A stretch of 64,000 nucleotides of DNA from Scyliorhinus canicula (GCF_902713615.1 NW_024055461.1:1287877-1351876), one strand, 5' to 3'; shown: positions 34,541 to 45,000, counted from the stretch's first letter. The notes: a model not told the origin generated them from the letters alone. Made by a program: numbers and translations.

Positions 34541-37500
34541 ATGGCAATTAGGGTAATTCTCATGCCCTGGGATACGGTCAAGAGAAATGTAGCAGTGAAA
34601 CAGGAATGGAAGAAATTAAAAGAGCAAAAGAAATCCTGGAAAAAAGATATGTATCCAGACGGAGATATCTCCTTCTTTGTTAGAGTGCCAAAAGCCCTGC
34701 AATATACAGATCCAGTAGGGATCCTTAAAGCACTTTGTAAGTTTGCATTTGAAAAGCAAACTGAATCACTAATCTTGTTCGGACACAGACAGAAGCATGC
34801 AGCTGCTCAAGTGGGCAAAGTGTGCTCCAAACTGATTAAAATCATTGACGAAGAAAACATGAAAGAAATAATACAGATCCCTAGTGAACACAAAAGTAAC
34901 TCTGAAGTGGCAAACAAATATATAAAACAACTGCAGAAAAATGAAACATTAGAAATGGAAAATGACGAGGAATCAGTCCTAGAATCAGATAGCCGAGAGA
35001 ATTCGGACCCCTTTGAAAATTTCCCAAAGGGATACAATTTTCAATACCCAGATCCAAGTCCGTTTCAGGAAGAAAATTGGCCACGGCAATCTGCCACATA
35101 TAAAAAAGGAGCTTTTATCGATTATTTCTTTGAAACACAAGAAAGTGAAGAGGAACAAAGCCTAGTTGGGATTATGGCGCCTCCTGCGCTGGGACAGGAA
35201 GAATCATCATCCTCATCAGAGAATGAGGAAATAGTAAAACCAAGGAGAAGAATAGGGAATAGAAAAAATTCTAAACCATTAGAAATAGGGGATTATAGTG
35301 ATTACTGGAAACAACAACAACCTTCCACTTATCGACCAATAAATAAGGATTTACCGTATTATATGTATAATCCAGAAGCAAAAATGGTACACCATAGAGA
35401 TCAGGAAGGATGGGAAAGAGAGGTTACATCTAGGGGACTTAAAATAGGAGAAATATTAGGAGGAAGTCAACAAATTGATTCTACGAAATTACTGGAATTA
35501 CCAAACGTTACCCCCAAAGCTAAAATTTGGCAAATGAGCAAAGGGTATGACAGTTTCGGAAGAGCCATGAGTAGGGTAAGGAACAGCACAGAAACACAAG
35601 GCCAGATAACAGCAGCATTAAGACCACAAGAAAGGATACAGAATCGTCCAAGACCCCGAATAACTGCTCCTACTCCTATGGATAGGGCAAGTTATGCTCC
35701 ACGAGATAGCCAAGTACCAATTGCAATGTTTGAAGAATATATAGAACCGGTGGAAGATTTTGTACAACATGGTACCCCCTATTTTGAGGAAGAACCAGTA
35801 CAACGACAGATACATTTCTCAGAATATAGGACACCTTTAAGAACACCATGCCCCAGAAGTGAGAAAGTAGTTCAGTTATTTACACCAGGTCCAGAGGAAG
35901 GACAGGGAGGCATGGTACCGTATAAAATAGTAGCAGCAGTAATGAAGACAGCAGGCCCAAAGAAACATGGGGAGAGTAGAATTGAGTATTCACAGAGGTT
36001 AAAACAGTTAGCGAAGAAAATGGGGGCATCAGGAGAATCCACCAAATTGATTGATTCAGTGGGAGAAATAGTTACAGGCGAAGTCTCAGATTTAATAAAT
36101 GAGTTAGATTTGGGAAATGAGAGAGCTAACTTAATGAAAGAGATGACAGAGGCAGCATATGCAGGGGAACACCTCACAACATATGTCGACCGAATATATG
36201 AGGTTAATAAGGAAGAGGGGGCCGATGTAGTCAGATTCCTGAGGGAATTAGGACCCAAGATTCCAGGAGGAAATAGCCTCTCAACAATACTGTTAACGAC
36301 CTCTAGAAGAGAAATAGGAAGAGAACTGGTGAAATTTGATTTGGCAGGCAAAGCATTTAAGGATAAACACACAAAAGGGGAACAAAAAAGAGTAGCAGCT
36401 GCCCAAAATAATGTTTCAACACAAAATGCTCAGATTAGACCACCAAACCGACAGATACCTGACAAATCGGAACACAATCTAGCCCAACCAGCAATGCCAC
36501 AACATGGGTATAATCTGCGGTCACAAGGGCCACCTCCACCACAAAATCTAGATTACTTACCAAGGGAACAATTCCTAGCCCTCAGTCGGGAGGAAAGAGA
36601 CAGATTCATTGAGGATAGGAGAAGAAGAGCAGCTGGTCAGGGGAAAGATTTAATAAAAATAGATACTAGAAAAATAAGGATATTAAAACCAATTGATAAC
36701 ATGGAGGAAATAAGGAAACAGAAAGAGAAAAGTATTTTAAATGAAGCTTGGAAGAAGATGGAAGAAGTATTAATGGGAGCAAACCTAGCGATAGGTAAGA
36801 ATGACACAGGTTTAATTAGCAAGCGGTTCCAACACACAATTCACGGGGGACAACACAGACCTCAAAAACAGTATCCTTTGACTAGAGGAGCTAAGAGCGA
36901 GCTGGAGATAATAATCAAGGAATTGGAGCAGCAGGGGATTATTCAAGGGGTCACATATGCCTCAACAAATAGTCCACTTCAAGTAGTAAGAAAACCAGAT
37001 GGTACATTTAGGATGGTAACAAATTACAAAGCTTTAAATAAAGTCACAAAGAAGGACAAGAGATATTTAATAAATCCACAAGCTACCTTAGAGCAAGTCG
37101 CGGGAAAAACTTACTTAACTAGTATAGATTTGGCGAATGGATTCTGGAGTGTTCCATTAGACCCAGACAGCAGGGAGAAAACAGCATTCACCTTCGGAAC
37201 TAAGCATTATGTATATTGTAGACTGCCACAGGGATATGTTAATTCTCCGAATCACTTTCAGGCAATAATCAGGGAACTGATTAAAGATGATTTGGCTTTA
37301 GTATATATCGATGATATATTAATTGGAGATGACGATCAGGACAAACATGTGGAAAGAGTGGCCAGGATAATTAAGACACTTAGTGAAGCAGGCTTTAAAA
37401 TAGGGCTAAAGAAATGTCAAATTGGGAGAAGCGAAGTCAACTATTTGGGTTATTCAGTATCGAAGGAAGGTAGAGAGGCCAGTATTGAAATGAGGAAGAA

Positions 37501-39448
37501 GGTAGCTGAAATTACTGCGCCTGTTTCGAAAAAAGGGGTTCAAAAAATAATGGGAATATTGGGATATCTAAGGCCAGTAGTGAAAGACTTTAGTCTTTAT
37601 GCTAAAGCCATTTATCAAACATTGCAAGGGGATTTTATTTGGACCAGCGAGGCCCAGAGAGGGTTAGATCAGTTAAAGATAGCAATTGCGATATCGGGAC
37701 CATTAGTTGGGAGACAAGAAGAGGATGATTTAAGCATTAAATTAGACATATATAAAAATGGATATGGTATGGTGCTTGCTAATCTTAGCAATCAGACACC
37801 TATCAAACATCTGACAGGAAACTGGTCGAGAGCTGAACAAAAGTTTTCAAACATCGAGAAATGTCTAGCAGCTATAACAAAGAGAATAGCAGAGATAGAA
37901 AACTTGTCGGGTGGTAAGAAAATTTATGTCACAGCTGAGTTTTTGGAATTAAAGGAGCTAACCAGGAGACAGATTTGCCAGCAAGGCGCGAATACAGCTC
38001 GATGGGAAAGATGGGAAACCATTCTTCTAAACCCTGACTTAATGTTTATTCATAACATTAAAAAGGGACAGAAACTTGATGAACCAGTTAGTAAAACGGA
38101 GTTGGTGAATGCTTGGGTATTATATACTGATGGTAATAAAGTCAAGAAGGACGAAGAACAAGCCAGATGGGCATTCATTTTAAAAAATTCAGGAAAAATA
38201 GTAGTGGAGGAACAGGGAATAATCATTGGATCAGCTCAGACAGCTGAGGTAGAGGGAGTATTGCAAGGGTTAAAGGAGTGTCAGCAGCGAAAGCTGCAGG
38301 AAGTTACCGTTGTAACCGACAGCTTTTTCGTGCAGCAAGGATTGGAGAAAGATTTGGAGTTTTGGAAACTAAACGGTTGGACGAACGGTAGAAATAAACT
38401 ACTGGAACAGAAAGAACAGTGGGAAGAGATAGATAAAATTTTAGCCGATATGGAGATCCAGACAATTCATCAAAAAGCACACACAAAAGGAACTGGGGAA
38501 CTGTGTAAGGGGAATCAGGAAGTGGATGAATTAGCCAGACTTAGGACAATAATCTTGGGGACTCTTGGGAACACAGCAGCCGACCTTCAAATGATAATTA
38601 AGCAAATACATGAAGCCACAGGACATGGGGGTCATGTTGTAGTCGCAAGGGAGTTGAAAAAGTTGGGAATTAAAATAGCCTATTGGAGACAACATTTAAC
38701 TGCAGTAAGGAGAAAATGTGAGAGATGTATGGCCTGTGGAGGACAGAGAGGGAATAAAACATATGGGAGCATAAAAACTGAGAAACCAATGCAGGAATGG
38801 TCATTAGATTATGCAGGACCACTTTTTCCCAGAAGCAGCAACGGTAATTTGTATTTTTTAGTCAAAGCTGATAGCTGCACGGGAGAAATTGACCTTAGAG
38901 CAACCAGCAAAGCAAATGGAGCCACGACCAAAAGGGTATTGGCAGAAATGATGACCTCCAGAGGTAGACCAGAATCGATCCGAATGGACAACGCGCCGCA
39001 CTTTAGAAACAATACTGTTATTAACTTTTGTGCTGACAGAGGAATAACAATCAATTGGGCCGTGAAATATGCACCTGAGAGTAATGGAATGGCTGAGAGG
39101 TCTGTAAGAAAAGTAAAGGATTGGATCATAAAGAATCAGAATAATAAAGGCTGGGATAAAGACATTGAAAGAATAGTATTTGATCTTAATAGTAATCTTG
39201 GAACCTCTGTCTCCCAGGGACAAGGGGACCCAAGTGAATCTGGGAATTATCAAGTAGGAGACGAAGTTTGGGTGAAGCTACCAACTAAGACTGTGGGGAA
39301 AATCATTCGTGAGACTGTAAAATGTAAAGACAAGATTGTTCAGATTCTGGGTACACATACAATTGAATTAGAGAAGCATGGTGTCTGGAGCAAAAGGAAT
39401 TGTGTCACAATTGAAACACACGACCCAGTGAGCATCAGAGGAGTTTGA
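34541..39448 (+). CDS. Gag-Pol polyprotein, 1635 aa from the first ATG: Gag, RT, tether, RNase H, integrase; no recognisable protease
   Basis: GYNLR (36506), RPQKQYPL (36857), DLANGFW, RLPQGYVNSP, YIDD (37304), WSRAEQKFSNIEK tether, YTDG (38123)...AQTAE...TDS...KGNQEVD RNase H, H-x4-H...CERC, and D...D-35-E integrase (WSLDYAGP, RMDN, NGMAER). Confidence 0.93.
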   Translation: MAIRVILMPWDTVKRNVAVKQEWKKLKEQKKSWKKDMYPDGDISFFVRVPKALQYTDPVGILKALCKFAFEKQTESLILFGHRQKHAAAQVGKVCSKLIKIIDEENMKEIIQIPSEHKSNSEVANKYIKQLQKNETLEMENDEESVLESDSRENSDPFENFPKGYNFQYPDPSPFQEENWPRQSATYKKGAFIDYFFETQESEEEQSLVGIMAPPALGQEESSSSSENEEIVKPRRRIGNRKNSKPLEIGDYSDYWKQQQPSTYRPINKDLPYYMYNPEAKMVHHRDQEGWEREVTSRGLKIGEILGGSQQIDSTKLLELPNVTPKAKIWQMSKGYDSFGRAMSRVRNSTETQGQITAALRPQERIQNRPRPRITAPTPMDRASYAPRDSQVPIAMFEEYIEPVEDFVQHGTPYFEEEPVQRQIHFSEYRTPLRTPCPRSEKVVQLFTPGPEEGQGGMVPYKIVAAVMKTAGPKKHGESRIEYSQRLKQLAKKMGASGESTKLIDSVGEIVTGEVSDLINELDLGNERANLMKEMTEAAYAGEHLTTYVDRIYEVNKEEGADVVRFLRELGPKIPGGNSLSTILLTTSRREIGRELVKFDLAGKAFKDKHTKGEQKRVAAAQNNVSTQNAQIRPPNRQIPDKSEHNLAQPAMPQHGYNLRSQGPPPPQNLDYLPREQFLALSREERDRFIEDRRRRAAGQGKDLIKIDTRKIRILKPIDNMEEIRKQKEKSILNEAWKKMEEVLMGANLAIGKNDTGLISKRFQHTIHGGQHRPQKQYPLTRGAKSELEIIIKELEQQGIIQGVTYASTNSPLQVVRKPDGTFRMVTNYKALNKVTKKDKRYLINPQATLEQVAGKTYLTSIDLANGFWSVPLDPDSREKTAFTFGTKHYVYCRLPQGYVNSPNHFQAIIRELIKDDLALVYIDDILIGDDDQDKHVERVARIIKTLSEAGFKIGLKKCQIGRSEVNYLGYSVSKEGREASIEMRKKVAEITAPVSKKGVQKIMGILGYLRPVVKDFSLYAKAIYQTLQGDFIWTSEAQRGLDQLKIAIAISGPLVGRQEEDDLSIKLDIYKNGYGMVLANLSNQTPIKHLTGNWSRAEQKFSNIEKCLAAITKRIAEIENLSGGKKIYVTAEFLELKELTRRQICQQGANTARWERWETILLNPDLMFIHNIKKGQKLDEPVSKTELVNAWVLYTDGNKVKKDEEQARWAFILKNSGKIVVEEQGIIIGSAQTAEVEGVLQGLKECQQRKLQEVTVVTDSFFVQQGLEKDLEFWKLNGWTNGRNKLLEQKEQWEEIDKILADMEIQTIHQKAHTKGTGELCKGNQEVDELARLRTIILGTLGNTAADLQMIIKQIHEATGHGGHVVVARELKKLGIKIAYWRQHLTAVRRKCERCMACGGQRGNKTYGSIKTEKPMQEWSLDYAGPLFPRSSNGNLYFLVKADSCTGEIDLRATSKANGATTKRVLAEMMTSRGRPESIRMDNAPHFRNNTVINFCADRGITINWAVKYAPESNGMAERSVRKVKDWIIKNQNNKGWDKDIERIVFDLNSNLGTSVSQGQGDPSESGNYQVGDEVWVKLPTKTVGKIIRETVKCKDKIVQILGTHTIELEKHGVWSKRNCVTIETHDPVSIRGV

Positions 39449-39476
39449 GATTCTTCGAATCTCACTCAGGGGTGCA

Positions 39477-39632
39477 ATGACAGAAGGAGGCTTAACAGGC
39501 CTTAATGGTATGATGTACATCAAGGATATGGAAAATAAACCAGTTCAAAAAGAAATGGTGGCAAAAGAAATCCGGAAGTCCTGGAGAGGGCATTTCTGGG
39601 TTAACCAAATGAAAACAGAAAGTACAAATTAA
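39477..39632 (+). CDS. putative small accessory ORF A (51 aa)
   Basis: MTEGGLTGLNGMMYIKDMENKPVQKE...; support is limited to an open frame just after pol. Confidence 0.25.
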   Translation: MTEGGLTGLNGMMYIKDMENKPVQKEMVAKEIRKSWRGHFWVNQMKTESTN

Positions 39633-39677
39633 AGAATAGGGCCCTCTCCACCCTTGATCTGTTCATTTGATTTTCAG

Positions 39678-39806
39678 ATGGAAAAAATAAATAACGAACC
39701 AGTTCACAAGAAGGAAGAGAACTACACTCCAGAGAGGAATCTTTTAGACAGGATTGGGGGGGAAACTAATGATGCAATTGGCTACATATTTGAGGGAATT
39801 AAATGA
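39678..39806 (+). CDS. putative small accessory ORF or exon B (42 aa) behind a strong splice acceptor
   Basis: CCCTCTCCACCCTTGATCTGTTCATTTGATTTTCAG|ATG, then MEKINNEPVHKKE... Confidence 0.3.
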   Translation: MEKINNEPVHKKEENYTPERNLLDRIGGETNDAIGYIFEGIK

Positions 39807-40642
39807 CAGAACCCCGAGGAAAACTTTACGGGGTAGAAACAAATCAAAATATCAAATTATAACTGGACAGTGAAACCTCCGGTCAGACATCTCTAACTGG
39901 ACATTAGCTGATGGGTGATCTGCGGTCTCCATGGAGTATGTACTACGTGGTGGAATTATTAAGGGTCTCGGCAGATAGCAGCGACTGACGAGGAACCCCA
40001 ATATGATAAATGACAATAGTTTAAGAATTTTAGTAGCTTGATACTACGGCGGGAAAATTGTTACCAATGCAGCAAAACAATATTGCATTGAAGAGCTGTA
40101 ATCGTTATTATAAAAAATAAAAATTAAAAAAAAATATTAAATTTTCATGTAAATTGATAGGGACTGTTATATATATATGATAAGGGGGGTATGTGTGTCG
40201 TTAAAGAACTTGATCCGCATTTCTAAACTCTGTGAATGTTTTAATAGAGGGGTAGTTTAGTGTGTTTTCTTGATTTAACTATATAGTACATTACAAATAA
40301 TATTGATGTTGTTTATATGCCATATTTAGTATGTAATAATTATTGTTCCCAAAGCCAAGAAGGAATGTTTCGATATTGATATTAAATTTTGTTAACAGTT
40401 GAAAATATGTAAAGTTGTAACACACAGTCTATTTGTGTGGTTAGGTAATGAATAATGTGTTAAGATAAGATTTTTTTTTTACTATGTATTTAACAATAGG
40501 GAGAATTTGTTTGAAAAAAAAGACGGTTCAATGTGGTTTTGCAAATGCTGTAATGAAAAATATACACTTTGTCAGAAAGATATTCTCTCATGTAAACCAG
40601 AGGTTGGCAGACTTACATGATTCACGACAATGTTAGACATTA

Positions 40643-41152
40643 ATGGGGAAGTTAGGAATACAAGCAGGATCAATTGAACATTTTAAATTAATGAAACAAA
40701 GGGATCAGTGGGTGGTACATGATATCACAATTACCCCATTCCAATCAGAAATGGAAAACTATTTGGACGACGGAAAAATGGGGCACGTAACAACCAGTGA
40801 TGGACAAAAGATCTGTTTGGTTACTGATGAACTGAGTTGTGTGCTGGTTCTAAGGGACATGAGGAAGCTTATACGGTGCTGCTATCCCAAGGAAGTAAAA
40901 TGCTTTGGAGGTAGTGGAACACACGGAAAGCTAATGTGTTACCTTCCTGAGCGGCTATGGCTATGGTTCACGGTAATTGGACTGGAACGGAAAACAAGAC
41001 TCTTATTGACACTGGTCTGTGATATGCATACAAATGACAAAGATCAGGGATGTATGTTAGTACAATTGGATGGGGGGACAATAAACCAAATTATAGTAAT
41101 GTTTCAAATGTCAAGACGGGGTGTTCTGGAAAATACAGAATGTGTCATTTGA
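40643..41152 (+). CDS. putative accessory ORF C (169 aa, Cys-containing, unknown function)
   Basis: Open frame running across the PPT into U3; no homology recognised and no Env hallmarks. Confidence 0.4.
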   Translation: MGKLGIQAGSIEHFKLMKQRDQWVVHDITITPFQSEMENYLDDGKMGHVTTSDGQKICLVTDELSCVLVLRDMRKLIRCCYPKEVKCFGGSGTHGKLMCYLPERLWLWFTVIGLERKTRLLLTLVCDMHTNDKDQGCMLVQLDGGTINQIIVMFQMSRRGVLENTECVI

Positions 41153-41373
41153 AACATAGAGGTCTGCCAATATCTGGTCTGGGAGAGTGCAGGGAAAGAT
41201 CCCACAAGAGGTTGGTGGCAGCTGAAAAGAGCAGAAACTGTGGCCAGCTCTTCTGTCAAAAATGCAGTCAATTTCAGTCTGTCAGAATTGTTATTACAAC
41301 CTGCAGCAGGAGAAAGGGAAAAAGAAAAAAACAGAGTTTGCATACATTTCTTTGTGCTGTTGAAATATTGTAA
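41050..41373 (+). CDS. putative U3-overlapping ORF D (107 aa) with the WDFY3-derived peptide in frame
   Basis: Starts before the PPT and reads ...AEKSRNCGQLFCQKCSQFQSVR...; position analogous to bel2/nef-type genes. Confidence 0.35.
   Translation: MYVSTIGWGDNKPNYSNVSNVKTGCSGKYRMCHLKHRGLPISGLGECRERSHKRLVAAEKSRNCGQLFCQKCSQFQSVRIVITTCSRRKGKRKKQSLHTFLCAVEIL
41113..41121 (+). promoter_or_regulatory. polypurine tract
   Basis: AAGACGGGG immediately before the TG of the 3' LTR. Confidence 0.7.
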
Positions 41374-42086
41374 TGGACTGCCCCTTTAAGCCCCGTAGTC
41401 CTTTCCCCATCGGAGGTCCCGATCTCCCGCCAAAAATCACTAAGCGCGGGCTTCCCTCGCTCCTCCCCCCACGTGCGAGGCAGCAGACATCGGGAGAAAA
41501 GCAGAACGCGAGGGAGCAGCAGCTGGAGAGGTCAGAACGGAGCTCAGAGGAAGGAGGACAGAAAACAGAGAACCAGCATCAGGAGAGAAGAGGAGGAGAG
41601 AGAGAGAACTCGGTTATGGGAAAGGCAAAGCAAACAGCTGAGTGTAAACGGTAATAGATTTAAAGAAGGCTAGGATTTAAAGGTAAAATGTTAAGTTTGG
41701 GTCTGAAGGTCCCCAACCAACCAGACAACATCCAAAATCACTAATCTGTTTACCTTTCTGTAGAGAAAGTGTTTACAACTTATAAAAAAAAAGTATGATA
41801 ATAATAAAATAATTTAACCTGAAAAAGTGGTTATTAGCTTACTTCACTTCCTTAATAACGCAGGACCCAGGACATCAATGCTATTAAGGGGTAAGTAGGT
41901 AAAATTCTTCGGTGAAGGTATGGGTTATACCGGGGGATAACTTGAAAGGAGAGTTTGACCTGAATAGCACCCACAGAAGCCTGTATGGGAGTCAGGGAGT
42001 GAGAATCCCTGTTCACCATTTTAGAATATTGGCCCTTTTTTGGTATAGGGGGAATTCTAAGACAGAGTGGTGGATTTACAAAAACA
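41122..42086 (+). repeat. 3' LTR (965 bp)
   Basis: TGTTCTGG...TACAAAAACA followed by the GTAC TSD. Confidence 0.95.
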
Positions 42087-45000
42087 GTACGTATGTGTAA
42101 TTACATTTAGTTTTGAAATTGTTATTTTCATAGTGTATTCCCTGTCATTAGTAACATGGTCAAGGAAGCCCTTTTATACCTCGAACATGCAGCTTCCTGC
42201 AGCCATTTCACCTTCTGTACCTTTTCTGTATTAACCACATTGATTTCACAGCAAAAAGCAATAATTAAATTTATGATTATTCAGTAGTGAACATAGATTA
42301 TCATACATGAATTGGTGTGTGAGGTAGTTATCTTGTAAAGACTAGTTCTTTATTTTAAAAAGTAACACTTCCAACCAAAATGTTTCCAGAAACTGCAGAG
42401 CTATCAGAATTTGTTTGAAAAAATAAATTACTTTATAATTTTGAGAAGTTACAAGACATCATATTCTGCCAAGACTATGTGGGCTGGGCAGAGGTGTAAT
42501 GGTATTGTTACTGGGCTAGTAATCCAGAGACCCAGGTTAATGCTCTAGGGATCTGGGATCGAATCTGCCTATGACAGTTTTTGAAATTGAATAAAAGTCT
42601 CAAATTCAAAGTCTAATGTTGACATTGTTGATCGTTGTAAAAACCCGTCTGGTTCACTAATGTCGTTTATGAAATCTGCTCTCCTTTTGTGGCCTGTCCT
42701 GCACGTGACTCCAGATCCACAGCAATGTTGTGGTTGATTTGTAAGTCTCCTTAAATAGCCTCACAAGACATGCAGTTCAAGGGCATTGGAATGAGCAGTA
42801 AATGCTGGTCCAGCCAGTGACGCCCACCTCCCATTAATGAATACTTTTTAAGAAGGTTTATTGTTCAATCTGAAGACTAGTAAGAAACTCTCTTTGATTG
42901 GATTTGATTAATTGTCACGTGTATCAAGGTACAGTGAAAAATATTGTTCTACATTTCCAGACAGATTGCTCCATACATGAAAAAACATAGGACATACAAT
43001 AAACATACAATGTAAATACATAGACACAGACAGCGGGTAAAGCGTATGGATTATAGTACTACTCAGAAAAGAACCAGTGTATCTTGTATTAACCAAATGT
43101 ATTAATTAGTTTGTAACATGATTAAATAAGTAGTGATCCTTAATTGAGTGACAATTAATGAAACTTTTTTTTTATTCATTGGGCATTGGCGTTGCAGGCT
43201 GTGCCAGCATTTATCACCCATTCTTATCGATTCCAGGCTTGGGTCACTGTCTGTGCGGATTCTGCACTTTCTCCCCATGTATGCGTCCCCACGTAGACAT
43301 GGGGAGAAGGTGTAATCTCCACACCGACAGCCACCCAAGGTTAAAATTGAACCTGAGTCCCTGGCACTGTGAGACAACAGTGGTAACCACTGTGCCACGC
43401 TAACAGTTGACTCTGGTGGGATATGAGCCCACAACCTTTGAATCCCTTACTTGCGATTAAGTAGAAGTCCAACACACTATCCATTGTGCTACAGAGTCAT
43501 ACATATCCTTTAATCCCTTTAGCCCCAAGAGCTGTATCAAACCCCTTCTTCAAATTGTACACTGTATTGGCCTCCACGACTTTCTGTGGTAATGAATTCC
43601 ACAGGCTCGTCACTCTCTCTAGGTGAAAAAATTTCTCCTCACCTCAGTCTTAAAAGTTTTACTCCATGTCCTCAAGCTATGACCCCCTAGTTCTGGACTT
43701 CCCACCATTGGGAACATTCTTTATGAATCTACTCTGTCCACTCCTGTTAGAATTTTATACGTTTCTTTGAGATCTTCTCATTAAAAAAGAGATGGAGAAG
43801 CAGAATTAGGCCATTCAGCCCATCGCGTTTGCTCTGCCATTCGATCATGGCTGATAAGTTTCTCGTCCCCATTATCCTGCCTTCTCCCCATAACACCTGA
43901 GCCTCTTATTCAAGAACCAATATATCTCTGTCTTAAAAAGACTGACGGGCATGGCCTGGTGCCATGTGGCCATCAATTAATTTCCTTTCCCCCAAGAGAA
44001 ATCAAGGACTTGACACTGTGTGTTTGAGACAAAGCTGATTTATTTCACAAACAACAAGATATTAAACACTCGCCCAGCTCAGTTACAGGGAATCGAAATA
44101 AACCCCAATTGTCAGATTGAAGATGGTTCAGTTCTGGGTGTGATTATCAGTGGCAGTAACAGCAGAATCAACACTTTTCAGATGAACAGAGGGTAAATAT
44201 AAATTAGTTTGACAGTTCAGGAATCATCAGTGGCATCTTATGATGTGGAGAAATTAGCTCAACAATTCTATGAACTAAAATTTAGTCTGGCCTGGTGTCA
44301 CCAAGCTGAAATCCAGTCTTTCTCTGACACATTATTCTTAATGACATAGCTGACAGGTTAAGAGTGAAAAAGTCAACTGTTTAGCAGTACGGGGAAGAGG
44401 CAGGTTTGTAGATGTTCTACAGTGTTACAAACGGGCTCGTTGGATCTTATTCTGTCCCATCTTACATTCAGCTGACAGTAAAATGACTAAAATACTGCAA
44501 CATACAGGCATTTGGGGACAATGGTGAGATTGCTGCTCAGATTAGTTAAAGTCTCCATATTGTAAAATAGATCTAGAAGGACTGGAGAAGATGCAGGAAA
44601 AGATATTTGAATTATGCCTGAACTGGCAGGTTACACCCAGTAAGAAAGATTGGACAGGGCATAACATTTTCTCTTGAAAAGGGAATGAAGGATGACCTGA
44701 TCCTGTAAGACTATGAACAGGTTTGATATGATAGACAAGTGGAAGATGTTTCCACTGAATAAGAATAAATATGAGTTAGTGATTGATTAATCTAATGTGC
44801 AGTTCAGAGGGAGATCACTCACACACTTCACATGTGCAAAGGAATTTCCTCAGTTTTCCCACTGGTTAACACTCCAACTTTAAAAGCCCAGACAATTTGA
44901 TCCAATTGCAGCACATTGTTATGGACGAGGGGCAGTTTAACTGTTCTGTCCAGGAAGACAAAAATCACTGTTCACCTGAACCTGCTCAGACCCCAACCCG

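Larger units (their letters stand above)
33005..42086 (+). mobile_element. full-length spumavirus-related endogenous retrovirus, env-less, 9082 bp
   Basis: Paired TG...CA LTRs, GTAC TSD (33001-33004 and 42087-42090), PBS, PPT and one intact gag-pol ORF. Confidence 0.95.

Noticed and set aside
36040-36075. LIDSVG in Gag as a degenerate protease motif
   Set aside because: It is not D[ST]G, and the context looks helical and capsid-like; kept only as something an HMM search should exclude.
36800-36815. NDTG as an aspartic-protease active site
   Set aside because: It lies in the RT leader (aligns with the foamy W.NQVG...H segment), lacks the preceding hydrophobic strand and following Ala, and has no room for a PR fold before RPQKQYP.
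40643-41152. ORF C as an env remnant
   Set aside because: No signal peptide, furin site, heptad repeat or clear TM anchor, and it is too short.
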